From NCBI GenBank assembly GCA_025839675.1, contig CP104013.1, positions 1,050,001-1,082,000 of the forward strand: a stretch of DNA of 32,000 nucleotides, in the 5' to 3' direction. Of this stretch, positions 15,481-21,708 are shown one piece after another. Source of the DNA: Candidatus Lokiarchaeum ossiferum. GTDB lineage: Archaea > Asgardarchaeota > Lokiarchaeia > Sigyniarchaeales > Promethearchaeaceae. The notes beneath the pieces were generated by a model. That model had not been told where the DNA came from, searched no databases, and worked only from the letters and a program-made list of their open reading frames with translations. Both the position numbers and the translations under genes were made by a program. Within the stretch, counting starts at the first letter, position 1; every line of letters starts with the position of its first letter.

Positions 15481-18131
15481 ATTTTCAACCTCTTGGTTAG
15501 TATTTTCTTCTTAAAATCATCCAAAAAAGCATTACGTCTTAAGTCATCCCGCCAAGTGCAAATATCAGATACAGATTTTGAAGAAATGCCACTTTTTTGA
15601 GCAATACCATATAATTGTTCCAATCCAAGTATTGTATCATCAATTTTTGTTTCATCGAGAGATTTTAAGATGTTATTAAAAACTATTTTAACCTTTTTCT
15701 CATCAACTTTCTCAGTTTTTTTAGGTTGTTCCTTATCGTTAGATACATTGAGCTTTTCTCCTGTTTTTCCTCCAATATTATGATTGTCATTTAACTTATT
15801 TTTTTGGTTTTCTGGGTTAATTTTAGAAGCGGGTGAAATATTATCTCCAATCGACATTGAAGGAGTTGTTTGTTTTTCCAATTCTTGCTTTTTTTTATGT
15901 TGTTGGAATTTTAACGCTGGAGAAAAGGGATCCACAATTGGCATTGAAGGTTTTGCTGGTTTTTCCAATTCTTCCTTTTTTTTTTGTTGTTGATATTTTA
16001 ACGCCGGAGAAAAAGGATCCACAACTGGTATCGAAGAAGGGGCTTTTTTAGGAACTTTCTGCTCTGTTTTTACAATTTCTGAAAATTTCTTATAGGGAAT
16101 AAAGGATTTTTCATTAGATGAAGAATTTTTAGTAATGTTCTGAGGGGGCTTATCTTGACTTATATTTTTAGAACTGGTTGTAGATAGAGATTGATTTTTA
16201 TCTTCAGGTGTATCCTCAAAAGTTTCTCTCATGGATTTGATAGCTGCAGAGCTTAAAGTTCTTTTATCCGCATCGGATGTAAAAATATGGCTTTCTGGCG
16301 GTTCAATACTCAAAACATTATTAACAATTGGAGGTGCTGAAGCACCGGATGAAACGGGCGCTTCCGCCATTATGGGATGATTTGACAAAACCTTCGATTT
16401 TATCAATGGATTAGGTTTTTTACCCACAAATTTTGCAATTTCCGTCACTGGAAATCCATCTGGAAGGTTTTTGCTTGAATTACGCCAAGCATCTTCCAAA
16501 ATAGGAACAAAAATTTTGATATGCTCTGGTAATATACTCCCAATACCTGCAACCTCCAAAGGTGATTGAGTTTGTTTTTCATCCGAATTGACAATACCTA
16601 AAATAATCTCCTCATAATCACGATTAATAGCCCACAAGTTCTTCAATTTACGATGTCGATAGTCAATATTATGACGGGAATCAAAATAAGCAAGTTTTTC
16701 CTTTTGATTTTTGTCTTGTTTGTTAATATTGCAACAGATTCGCACATTTATATGATTTCGGATTTTTTTAAAGGGTTCAATGTCAATATCGGAAAGCGAC
16801 GGGGCTAGAATTAATAATCGCATTTTTGCACGTAATATTCCGTCATCTAATTGGGCTATCATACCTTCAGGAGTGCGAACAAACCAAACATCCTTCATTG
16901 TGAAATTAATCGATCCTTTGGACACTTCCCAAAATTCTTTGATAGAACTAATATTCATATCAAGCTGATCAACAATTTTCCCTAGAATATCATCAAGCGT
17001 AATAACCACTTTTTCAGAAAAAGTGTTTTTAAGCATTCCAAAGGAGCCCATAACTGAATCGGAGATATTAAGTATTTTATCTTGAGTATCAGAAAGAGTA
17101 TCATCAAATTGAGTTAATACCGTAGAAAAGGAATTTTGAAGACCACTACTTACTTTACCCGCATTTTCAGAAATGAGCCCAATTTCTTTAGTCAATTGAT
17201 CGAGCAGATATTTGAATTTGGATTCAAAAGTTTTCTGAAAATCGTCTCGAATTTTCTCCATTTGAGTATCAATACTTTTTTGAACAATATCTTCGACTGT
17301 TTTCACAATCACACCGAGTTGAAGCTTTTGCAAATTTTTCGATATTTTTTGCTTAAGCAATTCAAATTGATTAAATAATGAGATATAATGCTCATCTACA
17401 AGCCCAATACTCTGATCACGTAAAGAATTTATCCCAGTCACAATCTTCTGTTGATTTTGCAAGTGAACTAATGATTCATCAAGTAAATCACGCTGATCAG
17501 AAATATCTTTAGATAAGTTCATTTTAATATCAGAGAGATATTTGACAAAATCGAGTAAATTTTGGACACCTTGCGCTTTGTCTTCAAAATTTAAGAAGGA
17601 AGTATGTAAATCTGTTGGAGTAGAGATTTGAATCCCGCGGATCATCTGAGTAAATTTTTCAAGTTGATCTATTAAAGCAGCATAGGGAGGTAATGCTTGA
17701 TAATAAATTGTGGCACCTTGGATTTCTTTAAACAATCCTTTTTGTAAGAAGCGTCCCGCAATATTTTTAGCACGCTCCATGGGAATACTTCCAAGAATTG
17801 CGATCTCTCCCAAAGATATGGGTCCCTTGCCTGATGTGTTAAGGAAAATTTCAATTTCTTCTTCAGAAAGATCGATTGAGCGTAATACTTTGCGCGATAT
17901 ATCCTCATTTTTTTTGTTATTTTGATCTATTGATTCCACAATTTCAAAGGATTCCACTTTCAATTTATTATTGATCTGAACTATTAAATTATGGGATGGT
18001 GCTCCGTGAATTGAATTCAAAGTGTACGGAAAACTATCTTTCTGGACAGAATCAAGATTCAAATCAAATTCAATATCCTGTAAGCATTTTTTGCATCGAA
18101 ATATGATTTTTTTGGAATTATTTTTTGCCAT
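15447..18131 (-). CDS. Multidomain cytoplasmic protein: CxxC/HxxxxH knuckle, TrmB-like winged helix, ~250-aa helical region, TrmB-C/PLD-like domain, ~240-aa disordered region with 29-aa repeats, C-terminal helical domain
   Basis: IDLSEEEIEIFLNTSGKGPISLGEIAILGSIPMERAKNIAGRFLQKGLFKEIQGATIYYQALPP matches the TrmB N-terminal wHTH pattern. No TM segments are present. The track start at 18140 is GTG and I prefer ATG 18131 (MAKNNSKK...). The upstream gene's stop is at 18142..18144, so the two genes abut. Confidence 0.8.
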   Translation of the reverse strand: MAKNNSKKIIFRCKKCLQDIEFDLNLDSVQKDSFPYTLNSIHGAPSHNLIVQINNKLKVESFEIVESIDQNNKKNEDISRKVLRSIDLSEEEIEIFLNTSGKGPISLGEIAILGSIPMERAKNIAGRFLQKGLFKEIQGATIYYQALPPYAALIDQLEKFTQMIRGIQISTPTDLHTSFLNFEDKAQGVQNLLDFVKYLSDIKMNLSKDISDQRDLLDESLVHLQNQQKIVTGINSLRDQSIGLVDEHYISLFNQFELLKQKISKNLQKLQLGVIVKTVEDIVQKSIDTQMEKIRDDFQKTFESKFKYLLDQLTKEIGLISENAGKVSSGLQNSFSTVLTQFDDTLSDTQDKILNISDSVMGSFGMLKNTFSEKVVITLDDILGKIVDQLDMNISSIKEFWEVSKGSINFTMKDVWFVRTPEGMIAQLDDGILRAKMRLLILAPSLSDIDIEPFKKIRNHINVRICCNINKQDKNQKEKLAYFDSRHNIDYRHRKLKNLWAINRDYEEIILGIVNSDEKQTQSPLEVAGIGSILPEHIKIFVPILEDAWRNSSKNLPDGFPVTEIAKFVGKKPNPLIKSKVLSNHPIMAEAPVSSGASAPPIVNNVLSIEPPESHIFTSDADKRTLSSAAIKSMRETFEDTPEDKNQSLSTTSSKNISQDKPPQNITKNSSSNEKSFIPYKKFSEIVKTEQKVPKKAPSSIPVVDPFSPALKYQQQKKKEELEKPAKPSMPIVDPFSPALKFQQHKKKQELEKQTTPSMSIGDNISPASKINPENQKNKLNDNHNIGGKTGEKLNVSNDKEQPKKTEKVDEKKVKIVFNNILKSLDETKIDDTILGLEQLYGIAQKSGISSKSVSDICTWRDDLRRNAFLDDFKKKILTKRLKIWKNKLLEVEK
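15777..16040 (-). repeat. In-frame tandem repeat, 87-nt period (2 good copies plus 1 degenerate), encoding PS.P(I/V)VDPFSPALK(Y/F)QQ.KKK.ELEK
   Basis: It is directly visible on the plus strand: tttttccaattcttgc...ggatccacaattgg (from 15873) recurs as tttttccaattcttcc...ggatccacaactgg (from 15960). The offset is 87 nt, or 29 aa. The third copy (PSMSIGDNISPASKINPENQ) is decayed. Confidence 0.85.
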
Positions 18132-18141
18132 TTCACTCACT

Positions 18142-19410
18142 TTAAAATTCTATCACTTCATTGTATGTAGAAACTAATAAATCCAGAGCAATATTTGCAA
18201 CTTCTTTGGTGATGGGAGAATATAAAGAAAACTCATCGATAGAACCCATCTTCATGATTGTTCGATCGGAAATCTTATTCAAGATTTCTTCCGGAAAAAT
18301 TGTAATCGGGGTAATCTGAGCTAACAAGCAAATCCACTCCCTGTTTGCTTTATCAGTTAAAATCTTAATAATCTTGGCTTCTTTCAGTTTTGCTAACACT
18401 TTGTCCATCTCAGAAAATTCGGACAAAATATGGGGTATTTTTTTCACAGGAATTGCACGAGTCTGCAATAATGCGAGGAAATCATATATATCGGGATCTA
18501 AAAGAAAATCTGCTAATAATTCACTTTCTTCGTTTATTTTTTCAGTAGGATTGTAATTTTGGTAAAATTTATATAGCTCTTGAAGGTATTGCGTCCCCAC
18601 ATACGAGTTATGTTTCATATCTTCAACTAATTGAATTGGAGGAGAGCGAACTAAAGCAATATCTTTGACTAAAAATAAGAATTCACCTTCCCCTCTCAAT
18701 TTACCCGTCTTTTTGTTAAATTCACCCCGTGCCCAATCCCTTCGGATTAAATTGAGCTCCGTGAATGGTTTTAACAATAAATCGGTATTTATATTTCGCT
18801 TAATTTCAAGCATTTTTTGATTAAAAATCACTCGAGAAATTGGACCTTCGCGAAGAATTCTCAAGCACTCCATTCGCTCGAAACTTGAATAAATCAAAGC
18901 GGCTTTTTGTTCTTTGGATAAGTTAGATAGACGTTCGATTTGAAAAATCGCAAATTTCATCTCATTAAGAAGTTTATTTTCGATCCCTTCTACCACCCGA
19001 AAGTCATTTAAATTAGCAGTTATGAGAGTCTCAAAAACGGGCATCATTCGTTCGGTCATATGATAGAAAATTGGTTCAAACAATTCCACTTCACTTTCAC
19101 GTTCGAATAAATTGATTATCAAATATTGAGATTCATCGGTTTCTTGGTGATAATAGGATAAACATTTATATGGTGCTTCTTTCAATCGACCTACAATATA
19201 ATTTTTAATCTGACGACCCTTTTTAGTCATTATTCCTGTAGTATGATTATAGAAAAGGCGAAATTTATCATTATTTGATAGAAGATCTTCGAGATTATCA
19301 TCTTGATGAAAATTCGATAGTTCAGATACAATTTCTTCAAACTTTGGTTCAATTTCTCCCTCGTCATCTTGATTAATCTTAAATTGATAAACTATAATTC
19401 CAACAACCAT
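18142..19410 (-). CDS. Hypothetical cytoplasmic protein, first gene of the cluster; possible longin/roadblock-like N-terminal domain plus winged-helix-like C-terminal region
   Basis: The 422-aa ORF starts with ATG and has no TM segments. N-terminal pattern MVVGIIVYQF...FRLFYNH...CLSYYHQETDESQYLIINLFERESEVELFEPIFYHMTERM. This resembles the b-b-a-b-b-b-a layout and the 'YL.I.....E...AF.FL..I...F' signature of longin-type domains. That comparison is by eye only. Confidence 0.75.
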   Translation of the reverse strand: MVVGIIVYQFKINQDDEGEIEPKFEEIVSELSNFHQDDNLEDLLSNNDKFRLFYNHTTGIMTKKGRQIKNYIVGRLKEAPYKCLSYYHQETDESQYLIINLFERESEVELFEPIFYHMTERMMPVFETLITANLNDFRVVEGIENKLLNEMKFAIFQIERLSNLSKEQKAALIYSSFERMECLRILREGPISRVIFNQKMLEIKRNINTDLLLKPFTELNLIRRDWARGEFNKKTGKLRGEGEFLFLVKDIALVRSPPIQLVEDMKHNSYVGTQYLQELYKFYQNYNPTEKINEESELLADFLLDPDIYDFLALLQTRAIPVKKIPHILSEFSEMDKVLAKLKEAKIIKILTDKANREWICLLAQITPITIFPEEILNKISDRTIMKMGSIDEFSLYSPITKEVANIALDLLVSTYNEVIEF

Positions 19411-19849
19411 TTTATTTTCCCCATATTAGTTACAATTTTTTTCACTCTTACTATTCCCATTCTAGCTTCTCATATAACATTAAATTAAATTTGGTTTTAT
19501 TCTTTTCATGTTTTTCATGTGAAATTGTGGAAATATTGTGATTTGATATTTCTAAAAGGAAATCTAAAATAAATGACATTATAGAGGGAATTCAAAGATT
19601 ATTAGCTGTTTTCTGAAATTATAGAACTTGTTTTCCACGTTAAAGCCATTTATTAACAGTTTGCTCTAAGTTGGAGTGCCTTCCTAACCACTACATTTTC
19701 ATCTTCACATTAACATATACGACTATACAATTATGACTATATAAAAGTTGAGATTCAATTTTGTCTGAACATGGAAAATTTTAATTTCACTATGAGTTTA
19801 TGTGGATTATCTGAATAGCATTTAAATTATATGGAGAGAAAAGAAATTC
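19411..19849. promoter_or_regulatory. 439-nt divergent intergenic region holding the promoters of the cluster (minus) and the histidine phosphatase gene (plus)
   Basis: This is the longest non-coding stretch in the window, and no ORF or GC-rich structured RNA is evident. It contains an exact tandem 9-mer ttttcatgt x2 (19503..19520) and several TATA-like strings (gttatatg / aaatttaattta on the minus strand at 19471..19492). Confidence 0.5.
19821..19828 (+). promoter_or_regulatory. Candidate TATA box (TTTAAATT) about 25 nt upstream of ATG 19850, implying a leaderless or near-leaderless mRNA
   Basis: The sequence reads gcaTTTAAATTatatggagagaaaagaaattcATG. The spacing equals the usual archaeal TATA-to-TSS distance. 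This is a motif match only. Confidence 0.3.
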
Positions 19850-20563
19850 ATGTCAAATCTTGCAGATATTCATTGGAACCGTGATGTTCTGAATATAATT
19901 TCCCAATCAGAAGACTTAATACCAGATTTACCCGCAATTCTCATGATCCGCCATTCAGCACGAGAAGAACCAAAGGATCTACTAAATGCAATCAATGCGC
20001 CATTAACAGAACTCGGGAAAAAATTAGCTATTGAATTTGGGGATAAACTTAATATTTCAAAACAATATCGTATTTTTCATAGCCCCAAACCTCGATGCAA
20101 AAATACAGCACTTAAGATTCAAGAAGGTCTTGATGATAACCAGGTTAAAACCGAATTCAAAGGAGAATTAGATTCATTAATCCGTATAAATAGTGATCGA
20201 AACATATTTGCAAAATATTGGAATAGGGATGGGGAACATCGCTTTGTAGATTATTGGTTTAGTGGATTTTATCCAAAATGGGAAATTGAACCTGCAATTG
20301 TGGTTGCCCAACGCACAGCCAAGGATATTATGCATAATTTTCAAGAAATCGAATCAAATAAGGTAGATTTGTATATTTCCCACGATTACTCAATTCTTGT
20401 TTATTTACGGTATTGGTGTGGAATATTAGCAACCAAAGAATGGATCAATTATTTAGGTGGATTTTGGCTACAATTTCAAAAAAACCACATTTTTCTATTG
20501 TTTGGTGGTAATAAATACCACATCCCCTATCCTGCATGGTGGATCTGGAGACCAACACAATAA
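19850..20563 (+). CDS. Histidine phosphatase superfamily protein (phosphoglycerate-mutase-like branch 1)
   Basis: The N-terminal catalytic motif is LMIRHSAREE (an RHG-type motif with Ser in place of Gly). A second conserved His lies in YISHDYSI. The size of 237 aa is typical for the family. Confidence 0.75.
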   Translation: MSNLADIHWNRDVLNIISQSEDLIPDLPAILMIRHSAREEPKDLLNAINAPLTELGKKLAIEFGDKLNISKQYRIFHSPKPRCKNTALKIQEGLDDNQVKTEFKGELDSLIRINSDRNIFAKYWNRDGEHRFVDYWFSGFYPKWEIEPAIVVAQRTAKDIMHNFQEIESNKVDLYISHDYSILVYLRYWCGILATKEWINYLGGFWLQFQKNHIFLLFGGNKYHIPYPAWWIWRPTQ

Positions 20564-20565
20564 AA

Positions 20566-21693
20566 TTACGATTCATACCATTTGTCAAATTCTGAATGAA
20601 ATATATCCCAATCTTCTATAAATTGACGCAAAAATGATTGATTGAGGCAGTAAACAGTTCTTCCCATTTCTTTTTCCGTTATAACTATTTGCCTTTCAGA
20701 TAAAAAGCGAATTATTTTATAAACAGTGTGCTGAGATTTCCCCAGAATCATTTCCAATTCCAAAATACCAAGTTTTTGATCTTTAAGAGAATCTAAAATC
20801 AAAAATCTATCGAAATTTCCCAAGCATTCTGTGAATGATAAGATATATGAAGAAAAATCAATATTCACATCATTCGGGGTTGGTTCTTTATGCACAAATT
20901 CAGATTTACGATTAATAATTTTGGAATTTTCAGTGTTTTTGGTTCCTAATGAAGGAGGAAATTCGTTAAAAGATAATAGCTCTGCAATGGAATTTTCAAA
21001 AGATATAGTTTTGATTGAAAATAGAATATTTTTGTTGAACCCATGAGAATCTTTGATTGATATCACTTTACTATCAAATTTCCCGAAAAATTTTATATAA
21101 TCAAATTTTATAGTTTCATTGTCAGAAATCTGTTTGGAAAAAAGTTCATCAATTAATTGGTTTGCCGTCCACTTGAGGATAATTTGCTCTTCAAGACCAA
21201 CCATAGTTGAAAACACAGAATTAATATATTTAATAATCCCAGTTTGAATTACAACTAATCCAACACGATTTTCATCTGCAATTGTTTGAAAATTGAAAGC
21301 CTTCTGCCTTCTTTCTACATTTTTCCTATGTTTATGTAAGGCCATTTCGATTGTTGTAAACAAATCTTTTTCTTTAAAAGGTTTATTCAGATATCCCAGA
21401 GGTTCTGCATTTTTAGCGTGGTTTAATGTTTCTTCATCATTGAAAGCGGTTAAAAATATAATTGGAATATTATAGTAAGAGTAAATATATGCCGCAGCAT
21501 CCGTACCTTTCATCTCACCTTTTAACATAATATCCATGATAACAATATCTGGTTGAAATTCATAAGCCTTTTTGATTGCTTCTTGACCTTCTTTTGCAAT
21601 TCCAACAACCTCAAATTCATTGTTCTCGAGAGTCATTTTAATATCGAGGGCAGTAATTTGTTCATCTTCAACAATTAATACTTTAGATTTCAT
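20566..21693 (-). CDS. Response regulator: REC receiver + PAS-like domain + C-terminal ArsR/TrmB-like winged helix
   Basis: The REC hallmarks are VEDE (acidic pocket), DIVIMD (phospho-acceptor about D54), FLTAF and NKPF. The middle PAS-like segment reads ENRVGLVVIQTGIIKYINSVFSTMVGL. The C-terminal wHTH reads LGILELEMILGKSQHTVYKIIRFLSERQIVITEKEMGRTVYCLN. The gene starts 15 nt downstream of the kinase gene. Confidence 0.92.
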   Translation of the reverse strand: MKSKVLIVEDEQITALDIKMTLENNEFEVVGIAKEGQEAIKKAYEFQPDIVIMDIMLKGEMKGTDAAAYIYSYYNIPIIFLTAFNDEETLNHAKNAEPLGYLNKPFKEKDLFTTIEMALHKHRKNVERRQKAFNFQTIADENRVGLVVIQTGIIKYINSVFSTMVGLEEQIILKWTANQLIDELFSKQISDNETIKFDYIKFFGKFDSKVISIKDSHGFNKNILFSIKTISFENSIAELLSFNEFPPSLGTKNTENSKIINRKSEFVHKEPTPNDVNIDFSSYILSFTECLGNFDRFLILDSLKDQKLGILELEMILGKSQHTVYKIIRFLSERQIVITEKEMGRTVYCLNQSFLRQFIEDWDIFHSEFDKWYES

Positions 21694-21708
21694 TGTAAAT
21701 ACCTATTA

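Noticed and set aside
15864-16040. DPF tripeptides in the 29-aa repeats, considered as analogues of eukaryotic adaptor-appendage-binding DPF/DPW motifs
   Set aside because: A three-residue match is expected by chance, and no appendage/ear-like or EH-like domain is recognisable in the window. I kept only the neutral statement that the repeat looks like a short linear interaction motif.
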